Part shown: piece by piece, positions 16,699 through 26,461 of the stretch
How the letters are laid out: every line of letters starts with the position of its first letter
How positions within the stretch are numbered: position 1 is the stretch's first letter
NCBI GenBank assembly: GCA_020723485.1
Contig: DYIU01000003.1
Location: forward strand, 394,347 to 458,346
Origin: Acidimicrobium ferrooxidans
GTDB lineage: Bacteria > Actinomycetota > Geothermincolia > Fen-727 > Anoxymicrobiaceae
Length of the DNA stretch: 64,000 nucleotides
Direction: 5' to 3'
Program-made: the position numbers and the translations under genes
Notes under the pieces: model-generated
What the model saw: the letters and a program-made list of their open reading frames with translations, nothing else
Told to the model about the DNA's origin: nothing
The model's database searches: none

Positions 16699-18156
16699 AT
16701 GAGACGAGGAACCGTTTTCGCAGTAGTCGCCCTCATGGCACTCGCATTCGTCATGACAACGGCGGGCGCGCTGGTCGTAGCCGAGGACCCCGCCCCGACC
16801 GCGGTCGATACGAACGTGGGCGTCGTGCAGGCGCTCGTCACGGTCGACGGAGTCATGACCGACGGCATCAACGTCACCCTTTACAGCCTCAACGACGACG
16901 GCACCAGGAACCTCGTCGGCACCATGGCGAGCACCGGGGGGGCATACATGGTCTGGCCGTGGGGGACCTCCTACGCGCCGCCCGAGTCAGGCGGCTGGCA
17001 GAACGGCTGGGTCGGATGGAACGCCCTGCCCACCACGCACGCAGACAAGGACTATGTCGACTACGAAGTCGAGGTCGAGGTGCCCGCCGGTCTCATCTCG
17101 GTTAACGGGACCGTGCAGGGCGGGCTGGAAGTCGGGCGCCTGTGGGCCCCCAGCACTGAACACCCCTTCTGCTGGGGAAGGCAGTTCGAGTTCAAGCTCG
17201 AGAGCAGGCCCGTGGAGTACAGGCTGGACGGTTACAAGTTCAAGGACATGAACGAGAACGGCGTCATGGACGCGGACGAGGTCGGCATCCCCGGTGTCAC
17301 CATAGACCTGGACACCGACAAGGCCTCCGCCCAGACCGACGCCGGCGGTTACTTCAGTTTCACCGTTGCGGCGGGAGAACACACGGTGGCGGTCGACGAG
17401 TCGACGGCGCCCGGTTATTACCCCACCACCCCGACCTCGGTCGTCACCAGCGAGGGCAAAACGGTCTACTTCGGCAACGCGCCTTACGGCTCCATATGCG
17501 GCAAGAAGTACAACGACAAGAACAAGAACGGAAAGCCCGACTGCGGCGAGCCCACGCTGGGCGGCGTCACCATCAAGCTGAGCGGCAAGACCAACGTGGG
17601 CGGCGAAGAGGTGAACAAAGAGACGACCACGGCCACTGACGGCAGTTACTGCTTCACAGGGCTGAAGGCCGGCACGTACATCATCACCGAAGTGGTTCCC
17701 TCCGGCTGGTACGCGACCGGTCCGAACCCGAAGACCGTCACGCTTCTGCCGGGGCAGAACGTGACCGGCGTCGATTTCTTCAACGCTCAGGGCTGCGTGC
17801 CGTACGGTTCGATATACGGCAAGAAGTACAACGACAAGAACAAGAACGGAAGGCGAGACTGCTGGGAGCCCACGGTCTCCGGGGTCAAGGTCAAGCTCAG
17901 CGGAGTCATCGACGGCCAGCTCGTGAACAAGGAGACCACGACCTCGTGGGACGGGAGCTACTCGTTCACAGGGCTGAAGGCCGGCACGTACACGATAACG
18001 GAGGTCGTTCCCTCAGGCTGGCAGGCTACAGGCCTCGTGTCGGTTGAGGTGACGCTCCTTCCGGGACAGAAGGTGACCGGAGTCGATTTCTTCAACGTGA
18101 GGACTTCGACGTGCGGATGGACCCTGGACTGGTGCCTCTTCAGCTGCTGGTTTTAG
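16699..18156 (+). CDS. Secreted SdrD-B/Cna-B repeat (adhesin-like) protein
   Basis: Signal peptide and three 'G.K(F/Y).D.N.NG..D..E....GVTI.L..T...G.Y.F' domains. The last two are near-duplicates at DNA level (~17480-17790 vs ~17800-18100). Confidence 0.85.
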   Translation: MRRGTVFAVVALMALAFVMTTAGALVVAEDPAPTAVDTNVGVVQALVTVDGVMTDGINVTLYSLNDDGTRNLVGTMASTGGAYMVWPWGTSYAPPESGGWQNGWVGWNALPTTHADKDYVDYEVEVEVPAGLISVNGTVQGGLEVGRLWAPSTEHPFCWGRQFEFKLESRPVEYRLDGYKFKDMNENGVMDADEVGIPGVTIDLDTDKASAQTDAGGYFSFTVAAGEHTVAVDESTAPGYYPTTPTSVVTSEGKTVYFGNAPYGSICGKKYNDKNKNGKPDCGEPTLGGVTIKLSGKTNVGGEEVNKETTTATDGSYCFTGLKAGTYIITEVVPSGWYATGPNPKTVTLLPGQNVTGVDFFNAQGCVPYGSIYGKKYNDKNKNGRRDCWEPTVSGVKVKLSGVIDGQLVNKETTTSWDGSYSFTGLKAGTYTITEVVPSGWQATGLVSVEVTLLPGQKVTGVDFFNVRTSTCGWTLDWCLFSCWF

Positions 18157-19489
18157 ATGACCTGATAAAGGGAAGCAGCAGGAGGGCGAAAAGGGGCACC
18201 AGTACCAGCATACCCCAGAAGTAGTTGTTGACGATGTCCGTGAAGGCGTAGGTGAACGCCTCCTCGAGGCGGTACCATCGTTCGCCGTGCCTGCTCTTCA
18301 CTTCTATCCTGTCGAACCGGATTCCGACGTAGGTCTCACCGGGCGAGCCCGGCATCCGGGACTCTCCGTTTATCAGGCCCACGAAGTAGTGGTAGCAGGC
18401 ACGGTAGTCGTACGTCTTCCAGAGCTGTGCTCCCCCGCCGCCTGATATTATCGTCCAGACCATCTCGTCATCCTTGTTCCGCCTCATCGCTTCGTCTTCA
18501 TCCAGCTCGCCCGACATATTCCAGATGTCGAAGTCGAATGTATGCAGGTGCGAGCCTACCACGAAGTTCACGTCGTATTTCTCGCAGAGCCTCTTGAACT
18601 CCTGGGCGTTCCGCCGGTCGCCGAGATACTCACTCCAGGGAATCCTCACGCCCTTGTGTGTCTCGTCCCTGTGGCCTTTGAAGGCGGGCACGTGCATGAA
18701 GACCGTGCAGTACCGGTACGCTTCGCTCTCTACGAGCTCGCCCTCGAACCATTCCATCTGCGCGGGCTCGATGCGCTCCTGGTTGGAGTCGTCGAGCATG
18801 ATGAAGTAGTCCTCCCCAATGGAGAACGAGTAGTAGCGCGGGCCGAATATCTTCTCGTAGACGTCCGAAGCCGTGTCTTTCGCGTCGTGGTTTCCCGGCA
18901 CGGTCACGAAAGGCACATCCAGTTTCTTCGCCCTCTCCATGAACAGGCGGTACTGGACCTCGTTCCCGCTCACCGTCAGGTCCCCGTTCGCCACCGCGAA
19001 CAGTATCCTCTTCTTGCGCGTCTCGTTGATCTTCTTCTTCAGGGCGAGCAAAGAGCGGTCGCGTTCGTCCTGGGAGAGGCCAGACGCCTTCCGCGTTTCG
19101 GCGAGCTGCGCCTGGAGCTTCTCGAGCTTCCCCTCAACCTTCACGTTGGTCTGGTTGACCTTTCGCACCAGCTTTAGGAACGTGTGCCTCGAGTCGTGGA
19201 TGTCACCGAACACGGCGACGGAGAAGCCGTCGTCCGCCTCGGGATTGCCGGTGTCATAGAACTTCCGTGCCTGCTCACTGTATTCGCGCTCTATCCTCGC
19301 GAGCTGCGTCACGTTCCAGCTCTCCGGCGGCGCAGGCAGCACCACTGTCGCGTAGACCCTGGCCACCGTGCCCAGCTCGATGAGCGCCGCGACGATGACC
19401 GCGCAGGCAAGGAGGACCGCCGCCTTCCAGCGCGGCAGGCTCGGATTCCTCCGAGCAGTCTCAGGGATGCTTTCCGGGGTCTTGCTCAT
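18140..19489 (-). CDS. Membrane-anchored calcineurin-like metallophosphoesterase
   Basis: GDIH, NGDL, PGNHD, FMHVP and SHLH motifs, with N- and C-terminal TM helices. Confidence 0.85.
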   Translation of the reverse strand: MSKTPESIPETARRNPSLPRWKAAVLLACAVIVAALIELGTVARVYATVVLPAPPESWNVTQLARIEREYSEQARKFYDTGNPEADDGFSVAVFGDIHDSRHTFLKLVRKVNQTNVKVEGKLEKLQAQLAETRKASGLSQDERDRSLLALKKKINETRKKRILFAVANGDLTVSGNEVQYRLFMERAKKLDVPFVTVPGNHDAKDTASDVYEKIFGPRYYSFSIGEDYFIMLDDSNQERIEPAQMEWFEGELVESEAYRYCTVFMHVPAFKGHRDETHKGVRIPWSEYLGDRRNAQEFKRLCEKYDVNFVVGSHLHTFDFDIWNMSGELDEDEAMRRNKDDEMVWTIISGGGGAQLWKTYDYRACYHYFVGLINGESRMPGSPGETYVGIRFDRIEVKSRHGERWYRLEEAFTYAFTDIVNNYFWGMLVLVPLFALLLLPFIRSSKTSS

Positions 19490-19579
19490 TCCTGCCTGTG
19501 ATGACTTCCGCTATAAGGACTCGCGATTCACCTTTCGCGGTATTATTCGGCATCTCGCGCGCCATACCGTACCGGGAGG

Positions 19580-19897
19580 CTAGTCCCACCAGCCGGCTTC
19601 CTGCATAGACTGGATGGCGACCCTCGAGCCCGGAGGGTCGCCCCTCGCCACGTTGACCCCGCACCCCGCGCCTACCGCCTCGTCGATCTCGGCGATTTCC
19701 CTGTTCGTGAAGCCGGGGCACAGCAGGACCGATGTGATGCCTTCGTCGGCGACCAGCCGCCGGCACTCAGCGAGGGCCTGCTCCTGGTTGCTGACAACAG
19801 TGACGAAGAGCACGTACTTCCCGGTGTCGATCACGCTCCGGTGCTTCTCGGGGTCCGCGTCCGGCGCGTGTGCGAGGAACGCTGCTTTGAAAGGCAT
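19580..19897 (-). CDS. DUF6506-like small protein
   Basis: 'KAAFLAHAPDADPEKHRS..EGI.SVLLCPGF' pattern. Confidence 0.7.
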   Translation of the reverse strand: MPFKAAFLAHAPDADPEKHRSVIDTGKYVLFVTVVSNQEQALAECRRLVADEGITSVLLCPGFTNREIAEIDEAVGAGCGVNVARGDPPGSRVAIQSMQEAGWWD

Positions 19898-20026
19898 TTC
19901 GAGAACCTCCTGGATCGAGCTGCCTTAATGAACTCGCTGGGCCTGATTCCCTTATAATGCCATTATTCTATCTCGAACAGGAGCCGGCCGCGCAGGGGGC
20001 CCATAAGACGCAGGGAGGGCGAATCG

Positions 20027-21427
20027 ATGCTCTGGACCATCAAGGCCGCGAGTGACTTCGAATACGGGTACAACGCCGCCAGGGGGCGCTCTCTCCTCTT
20101 CAGGACGGCGATCGACCGCGCCGTCGAAGCCGTCGGCAGACGCGGCACCGACCGTGAGGCCCAGGCCCGGAAAGCGAAGCGGCACGCGGCGCTGCTCGCG
20201 GAGCGCTACCCGGCCCAGCTGGAGCGGCTCTCCGGCCTCGCCCGCGCGACCGGCCTCGAGCCCCTCGAAGCGACGGCGGGTGAGCTCGCGCTCGGCTCGC
20301 TCCTCAGCACCGGCTGCACCAACTTCGCCGCCGTGCCGCCCGCCACGTCGGACGGCAACCCGTACGTCTCCTGGAACTTCGACCTCTCTCCACTTTTCCG
20401 CCTACTCATGGGCCGCACTCCGCTCTACGTCCGTGACATTGCGGGGAAGAAGCCGTACGTGTGCCTCGGCCTGCCGGTGCTCTTCGGGATAGGGGTGATG
20501 AACGCGGACGGCCTCTGCTCCTGCGTCAACTCCGTATCGGCGACGGACGGCGGGGAGGGCCTGATGTTCTTCGAGCTGAACAACCTGGCCATGGAGACGC
20601 AGTCGACCGTGGACGGGGCGGCCGGCGTCTGGCGTGACAACCCGCGCGAGGTTCTCCCGGGCGTGGCCCTCTCCATGATAATGAACTCGAACAGCATCTT
20701 CGCCGACATGAGGGGAGACGCCGCTGTGATAGAGCACTCCCACAACCACATGGCCGTCGAGAAGGCGCGCGACCACGGCGGCGTCCTCGCCTCGGCAAAC
20801 CACCACCAGTTCCTCGACCGTGCGCTCTCCGGCGGGACCGACCCGTCTGTCGAGCCGATGATAACCGGGTCGTACGCGCGGCTGGCCCGGATGTGGGAGC
20901 TGCTGGAGCTCCTTCGCGGGAAGATGGACAGGGAAACGGCCCGGATAATAGTCACAGACCACGAGACCAACTACTCCACGCTCGCCGAGTTCGGCATCAC
21001 GCGGACGCGGTACGAGGAACGCATCGACGACGCCACAATATGCATGCACCCATGGAACTTCTGGCGCCACCTGCGCCGGTTGGAGCTGCTCGAGGCGGTG
21101 CTCGAGGCCAACATGCCGACCCTTAACTCGATACTCATGGACCCGGCGAGGTGCACAGTCTATTTCACCAGGGGCAATCCCTGCCGCAACCAGTACGTGC
21201 CGGTCTGGGTCGGGGACGCTCTTCGCATGGAGTGGGCCGACCGGGCGCGCGGGGAGCTGGACTACAACCCTGAACTGGCAGCCAGCACCTGGTCCCGCCG
21301 CCTCGACTGGTTCCGCCGGCCCGAATCGACCGTGGTGAGCGATGTCCTGAGGTATGTAGCCCTGACGTTCTTCAGGATTGCGGAGCGCCTGACCCCCGCC
21401 AGCGTCATAAACCGGGGTCACGTCTGA
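20027..21427 (+). CDS. C45-family Ntn hydrolase/acyltransferase
   Basis: G|CT autocleavage site, 'WNFD', 'GVMNADGL' and 'ANH'. Confidence 0.8.
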   Translation: MLWTIKAASDFEYGYNAARGRSLLFRTAIDRAVEAVGRRGTDREAQARKAKRHAALLAERYPAQLERLSGLARATGLEPLEATAGELALGSLLSTGCTNFAAVPPATSDGNPYVSWNFDLSPLFRLLMGRTPLYVRDIAGKKPYVCLGLPVLFGIGVMNADGLCSCVNSVSATDGGEGLMFFELNNLAMETQSTVDGAAGVWRDNPREVLPGVALSMIMNSNSIFADMRGDAAVIEHSHNHMAVEKARDHGGVLASANHHQFLDRALSGGTDPSVEPMITGSYARLARMWELLELLRGKMDRETARIIVTDHETNYSTLAEFGITRTRYEERIDDATICMHPWNFWRHLRRLELLEAVLEANMPTLNSILMDPARCTVYFTRGNPCRNQYVPVWVGDALRMEWADRARGELDYNPELAASTWSRRLDWFRRPESTVVSDVLRYVALTFFRIAERLTPASVINRGHV

Positions 21428-21493
21428 ACTTATGACTCAGGCTTGCGGTGCGGAGGCAGGAGCGGTCACAAAATCAGACGTGACCCCGGTATA
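21408..21493. repeat. REPIN-like palindromic element (GGGGTCACGTCTGA arms)
   Basis: Arms at 21408-21436 and 21465-21493, 25/29 complementary with a perfect 17-bp core ACCGGGGTCACGTCTGA, between convergent genes. Confidence 0.85.
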
Positions 21494-21500
21494 TACCGGT

Positions 21501-23087
21501 TTAGTCAAAGGGTATTCCATCCCAGACCCGGCGGTCCGCGCCGAAGGGGTCGTCCTGCTGGGCGGACACTACGTTGAAGACCATGGTCGCCCTGTCCTCG
21601 AGGTCGTAGGGCTTCCAGCCCGGGTCGCCCGAGCGGGCGAAGGACAGCCATGCGTCCTGCATGGCGTCGGAGAGCTTCCGGGGCGGGTCCTCCCCGAGGA
21701 GCGCCTCGAACCGTGTCCCCTCGAGGTTGCCGAAGACGAAGGGTAGCTCCATAGCGTGGCACGAGCCGAGCTTCGGCGCCGCCGGGCTGGACCACGTGAA
21801 CAGGTACATGTAGGTCTTCGGCTGTTTCGCCGATGCCTCCGCTACCCTGATGGCCGGCAGGCGGAACATCACGTCAGTCAGCACCGCCATTGTCACGTCA
21901 CCGTCCGTCGCCCCGGGCCTCCTTGACTTGTAGCTTGACGCGATAGCGTCCGCGGAGCCGCCGACGGCCGCCTGCACCTTCGGGATGAACGGCGCGACCA
22001 CGCTCAGGGGATACATTGCCATCGCCGGGGCCTCCGCAGCCCAGAGGCGCATCTCGTCCAGGTTGGTCCCGATGATAAGTTCGACTCCCGAAGCGCTTCC
22101 CGCCGCGATCGAGTGCAGTGGCGGCTCGAGGATGACCGAACCATCGAGGACCGGCCCGAACACCGTGGCCGACGCCGGGTTGGCCCTTATCATGTCGGAC
22201 TCGGCCTGGACGATGCGCTCAGTGTCGAGTGACAGGAGGCCCTGCAGGTCGGTCACCCCGGCATACTGCATGAGCTGCCGGGTGACGGCCGCGGCGTCCC
22301 CGGTCGAATGGATGAGGCTGAGGGCGCCGCTCTCGGCGATGGCCCGGCTGAAGAGCCCTTTGGCGGCGGGAATCGCCATCAGGGTGCATGTGCTCATGCT
22401 GCCGGCCGACTCCCCGAACACGGTGATGTTCCCGGGGTCGCCCCCGAACGCGGCGATGTTGTCGCGCACCCACTCAAGGGCGGCCACCTGGTCGAGCAGG
22501 CCGAGGTTCCCGCTCTGCGCGTACTCAGCCCCTCCCAGCTCGCCGAGATAGAGGAAGCCGAAGGCGCCGAGGCGGTAGTTGAGCGTCACAACCACCACGT
22601 CACCGCGCTTCGCGAGGCGGGCGCCGTCATACAGAGGTTCTGAACCCGCCCCGTTGGTGAACCCACCGCCGTGTATCCAGACCATGACGGGGCGGCGGCC
22701 GCCGTCCACCCCCGGGGTCCAGACGTTGAGGTTAAGGCAGTCTTCGGACTTCACCACGCCTGAGGCGCTGGCGATGTCACCTTTCGGCTGGGCCGCGGCA
22801 TCCCTGAAATCGAATGCTTTGAGCGTCCCGTCCCAGGGTTTCGGGGGCTCCGGCGGCTTGAAGCGGAGCGCATCGACCGGGGGCGCCGCGTAAGGTATCC
22901 CCTTGAAGACAACGACGCCGTTGGCCGCGACTTTGCCTTCGACCCTCCCCTGCGCCGTGACGGCCGTCGTTCCTATACCACAGCCGGCGGAGAACAGTAT
23001 GAGAGCTGAACACAGAGCAGCAATCAGAACGGCGGCGAGTGCGACCCTCGCACGCCCGCCCGGGAAGCTCGTCGGTATCCCGGCCAT
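21501..23087 (-). CDS. Type-B carboxylesterase (PnbA-like) lipoprotein
   Basis: FKGIPYA, SEDCL.LNVW, WIHGGGF, FGESAG and CHAMELPFVFG motifs, lipobox SAGC. Start placed at ATG 23087. Confidence 0.92.
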   Translation of the reverse strand: MAGIPTSFPGGRARVALAAVLIAALCSALILFSAGCGIGTTAVTAQGRVEGKVAANGVVVFKGIPYAAPPVDALRFKPPEPPKPWDGTLKAFDFRDAAAQPKGDIASASGVVKSEDCLNLNVWTPGVDGGRRPVMVWIHGGGFTNGAGSEPLYDGARLAKRGDVVVVTLNYRLGAFGFLYLGELGGAEYAQSGNLGLLDQVAALEWVRDNIAAFGGDPGNITVFGESAGSMSTCTLMAIPAAKGLFSRAIAESGALSLIHSTGDAAAVTRQLMQYAGVTDLQGLLSLDTERIVQAESDMIRANPASATVFGPVLDGSVILEPPLHSIAAGSASGVELIIGTNLDEMRLWAAEAPAMAMYPLSVVAPFIPKVQAAVGGSADAIASSYKSRRPGATDGDVTMAVLTDVMFRLPAIRVAEASAKQPKTYMYLFTWSSPAAPKLGSCHAMELPFVFGNLEGTRFEALLGEDPPRKLSDAMQDAWLSFARSGDPGWKPYDLEDRATMVFNVVSAQQDDPFGADRRVWDGIPFD

Positions 23088-23119
23088 GGGCAGCTGTGTG
23101 TCGGTCAACCTGGGAATCC

Positions 23120-23677
23120 TCAGGCCTTCCCCTCGAGCTTTGTCAGCTTGTCCTCGTCGAGCTGTATGTGGTCGGCCTCTATCATCGAGAGGGCCGCGAA
23201 CACCTCTTTCACCCTGGGGTCCGTCGCCTCGGCGGCGGAAGCCGCGTAGAACTTCGTGGCGTTGTTCTCGCGCTTGAGCGACTCCCTGACGTTCTCGATG
23301 TAGGCGTCGTGGCACTCCTCGGTGTGCTCCTTGTCGGGCTTGGGCTGGCCGAGCATCTTGAGGATGGTCGACGCGTGCTCGTTCTCGACCTTCGAGAGCG
23401 CCTTGAAGGTGGCGAACCCCTCGAAATCGCCCGCCTCGTCCCCCTTGGCCGATGAGCAGCGGTAGAACGCGGTGTTGGACTGCTCGATGGCAAGAGCCTT
23501 CTCGAGGTTGCCCCTGTCCGTGTCGTTGAGGGTTCCGACCTTCGGGTCGTCCCAGTCGCTCGCGAGGATTATGTACTCCGCGTGTGCCCCGCAGAACGGG
23601 CAGTGCGAGGGTGGCACCGCCCCTATGTAAGGGTCTCCGCAAATCCTGCATCTCCATACGCGCACCTTCATATCCAT
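23120..23677 (-). CDS. Rubredoxin-ferritin-like (rubrerythrin-type) protein
   Basis: WRCRICG..PSHCPFCG, then paired E..FY / ExxH diiron motifs. Confidence 0.85.
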   Translation of the reverse strand: MDMKVRVWRCRICGDPYIGAVPPSHCPFCGAHAEYIILASDWDDPKVGTLNDTDRGNLEKALAIEQSNTAFYRCSSAKGDEAGDFEGFATFKALSKVENEHASTILKMLGQPKPDKEHTEECHDAYIENVRESLKRENNATKFYAASAAEATDPRVKEVFAALSMIEADHIQLDEDKLTKLEGKA

Positions 23678-23738
23678 ACCTCCCGGTTGGTCCTGGCCGG
23701 ATTCTACAATATCCTGCGCCTCGCGACCTTGAGCTTGC

Positions 23739-26369
23739 TCAGGGGTCGAAGCCTATGGAGTCGTGGGCGCACTGGCGATAACACGTGGCGGTGTCCCAGT
23801 ACATCGCCCGTTCCGCGATGACCGGCTGGTCCGAGGCGACCCTGGTGGAGACGCTGAACTCGTTGGGAAGGCAGTCAGCCACGTTCAGTGTCTTCCGGGT
23901 GTGCGGGGTAAGCGTGAACTCCTGCCCGGCCACCTCTACGCCTCTGGGGGTCTGATAGTAGAGCCTCACGTTGGCAGCCGTATCTCCCGGGTTCTGCACC
24001 AGCACCCACGTCTCGAAGCATCCCTGCTGGCTCGCCCCGGTGCAACCCTCGGCGAGGTACCAGGCGCCGCAGGGCGCAGTGACGCCCACGGAATCGGTGG
24101 CCGACTGGCGGTAGGAGCCCGGGGTGCCTGTCCAGTACATCGAGCGCTCGGCGATCACGGGCTCGTCCGAATCCACCCGCGTGGAGACGCTGAACTCGTT
24201 GGGCAGAAAATCGGCGACGTTGCGTGTCTCGCGCGAGTGGGCGCCCACGGTGAGTTCGTGGCCCTTCACCTCGGTGGTCGGCGTCTGGTAGTAGAGCTGG
24301 ACATGCGCCGGGCTGCTGCCGGGGTTCTGCACGAGGACCCAGGTCTCGAACGAGCCCTGCTCATTGGTGCCGGTGCTTCCTTCGGCGAGGTACCACGCGG
24401 TGCAGGGCGCCGTGACCCCTATGGAGTCGTGGGCCGCCGCCCTGTACGCCCCCGGCGCGCACCAGTACATCGCCCTCTCAGCTATGACTGGCTGGTCGGA
24501 TGTCACCTTCGTGGACACGCTGAACTGGTTGGGCACTACATCGGCCACGTTCCGGGTCTCTCTGGCGTGCGGCTTCACCGTGAACTGGTGCCCTTCGACC
24601 TGCCCGTCCGGGGTCTGGTAGTAGTACTTCACATTGGCGGGCTCGTCTCCCGGGTTCTGAACCAAGACCCACGTCTCGAACCACCCGAATTCGTTGGCTC
24701 CCGTGCTGCCCTCGGCGAGGTACCAGGTCTTCGCCGGGGAGGTCACCCCTATCGAGTCGGTGGCGGACTGACGGAATGCGCCGGGCGCGTCCCAGTACAT
24801 GGAGCGCTCTGCGATTATAGGTCTGTTCGACACCACCCGGGTGGAGACGCTCCACTCACCGGGGACGACGTCGGCCACGCTCCTTGTATCCCGCGAGTGA
24901 GGGGCCAGCGTCATCTGCTGGCCGGGGACTTCACCGGAAGGGGTCTGGTAGAACAGCTGGACGTCCGCGGACTCGTCCCCCGGGTTCTGCACCAGTATCC
25001 AAGTCTCGAAGTAACCGAACTCGTTCACCCCCGTGCTGCCCTCGGCCAGGTACCAGGTGAATGTCGCGGGTGTGTACTTGGCCACGAAAGTGGTGTAGTC
25101 GCCGTCGGGGTCGCTGTTGGATATCGACATGCCGACGGTGTAGACGTTCCCCTTGTCGTCGACGTTGGTGGCGTGCGCCTCATCGGAATAACCGGCCCTG
25201 TTCAGCACCTGCGGGAATCCCGGGGACATCGCCCCGTTCGGAGCGTACCTGTTGGTGTGCACGCTCGTGTCCGCCTGGCGCGTGAACGAGGCCGCGATGT
25301 TGCCCTCGCTGTCCACGGCGCCGTGCCAGGTGTCGGGCGGATGGTAGCCTACCATGCCGGCGGACGAGTCCGTCTTCGGCCACCCGGCGACCTGGGCCCC
25401 GGCTTTCGTGTAACGGTTGACCAGGAGCTTCCCGGAGTCATAGGGCGGGGCGAGCGCCGCGCCCTGGGTGAGCCCCACGAGGCAGTACTGGCCGTTCGAG
25501 TCCTGGGTGACCGATGAGTACTCGTCGTAGAGCGCGCCGCCGGAGGTCCAGGTCTTGGGCCACCCGGCGGCAAGGTTTCCATCCGTGTCCATCTTGAAGA
25601 GGGCCGCGTCCCTGTCCCCTGCGCCCGGGGTCCCGTACCCGGCCGCCACAAGGTTGCCGTCCGAGTCCTGGATTATGTCGTACCCCACCGTGTTGGTGCC
25701 GGACACCTGGTATGTCCTCGGCCAGCCCGAGACGATGGTGCCTGAGGCCGTGTATTTCACCACCAGCAGCGAGTAAACCGTGCCCGCCGCGTTGCGGGCA
25801 TATCCACAGGCGACGATGTTGCCGTCCGAGTCTACGATTGCTGCGGTCCCGTACGAATGGTCGCTCACGTGCATGTACTTCGGCCAACCGGGGAGAGGAT
25901 TGCCCTCGGAATCGAGCCTCCATACGGCCAGGTTCCAGACGTTTCCCGTCGTTATCATGTAGCCGCCGATGGTCATGTCGCCGTTCGGCTCAACGAAGAC
26001 GTCCTGCCCCTCGTTCCAGCGCATGCCGGCCTGGGCGTAGAACCTGGGCCAACCCGGGAGGAGCTTACCGTCCTGCGTGTACCTGCCGACGATGAGCTCG
26101 CCGGGGTCACTACCCACGTTATCGCCGTCAGACCCGACCGCCACCACCGTGCCGTCCGGGCATATCGCCACGTTGTGGTACTCGGGGCAGCGATCAGGCC
26201 TGGGGTCGGCGTAGTAGGAAGTCCAGGGTGCGTTCGAGCCGCCCCCCGGCGCGACCGAGGCCGGCTGCGTGCCGCCCGCAAGGGCCGGCGCGATCCCGAT
26301 GGAGACACAGCAGGCGGAAAGCAGGATAGTGACGGCAAGAGCAAGGAACTGCCGCGTGTTCGCCCACAT
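23739..26369 (-). CDS. Secreted beta-propeller ('GWP' repeat) protein with four WYLAEG (DUF5719-like) repeats
   Basis: Signal peptide, repeated 'DSDGN..GWP' blades, then four ~110-aa 'WYLAEGxTG..FETWVLVQNPG..AERxMYW..DSIG' repeats. Confidence 0.88.
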   Translation of the reverse strand: MWANTRQFLALAVTILLSACCVSIGIAPALAGGTQPASVAPGGGSNAPWTSYYADPRPDRCPEYHNVAICPDGTVVAVGSDGDNVGSDPGELIVGRYTQDGKLLPGWPRFYAQAGMRWNEGQDVFVEPNGDMTIGGYMITTGNVWNLAVWRLDSEGNPLPGWPKYMHVSDHSYGTAAIVDSDGNIVACGYARNAAGTVYSLLVVKYTASGTIVSGWPRTYQVSGTNTVGYDIIQDSDGNLVAAGYGTPGAGDRDAALFKMDTDGNLAAGWPKTWTSGGALYDEYSSVTQDSNGQYCLVGLTQGAALAPPYDSGKLLVNRYTKAGAQVAGWPKTDSSAGMVGYHPPDTWHGAVDSEGNIAASFTRQADTSVHTNRYAPNGAMSPGFPQVLNRAGYSDEAHATNVDDKGNVYTVGMSISNSDPDGDYTTFVAKYTPATFTWYLAEGSTGVNEFGYFETWILVQNPGDESADVQLFYQTPSGEVPGQQMTLAPHSRDTRSVADVVPGEWSVSTRVVSNRPIIAERSMYWDAPGAFRQSATDSIGVTSPAKTWYLAEGSTGANEFGWFETWVLVQNPGDEPANVKYYYQTPDGQVEGHQFTVKPHARETRNVADVVPNQFSVSTKVTSDQPVIAERAMYWCAPGAYRAAAHDSIGVTAPCTAWYLAEGSTGTNEQGSFETWVLVQNPGSSPAHVQLYYQTPTTEVKGHELTVGAHSRETRNVADFLPNEFSVSTRVDSDEPVIAERSMYWTGTPGSYRQSATDSVGVTAPCGAWYLAEGCTGASQQGCFETWVLVQNPGDTAANVRLYYQTPRGVEVAGQEFTLTPHTRKTLNVADCLPNEFSVSTRVASDQPVIAERAMYWDTATCYRQCAHDSIGFDP

Positions 26370-26461
26370 GAGAATCCCTCCCCGTGCAACAACCGCAATG
26401 CAAGGTTCTCCAGGGGGAATCATATATGAACCGGGCGGCAAGTTGCACTGGGGCCGGGGCC

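Noticed and set aside
23088..23657. 190-aa N-terminal extension of the carboxylesterase ORF
   Set aside because: It is an alternative frame of the rubrerythrin-like gene. The esterase signal peptide begins after ATG 23087.
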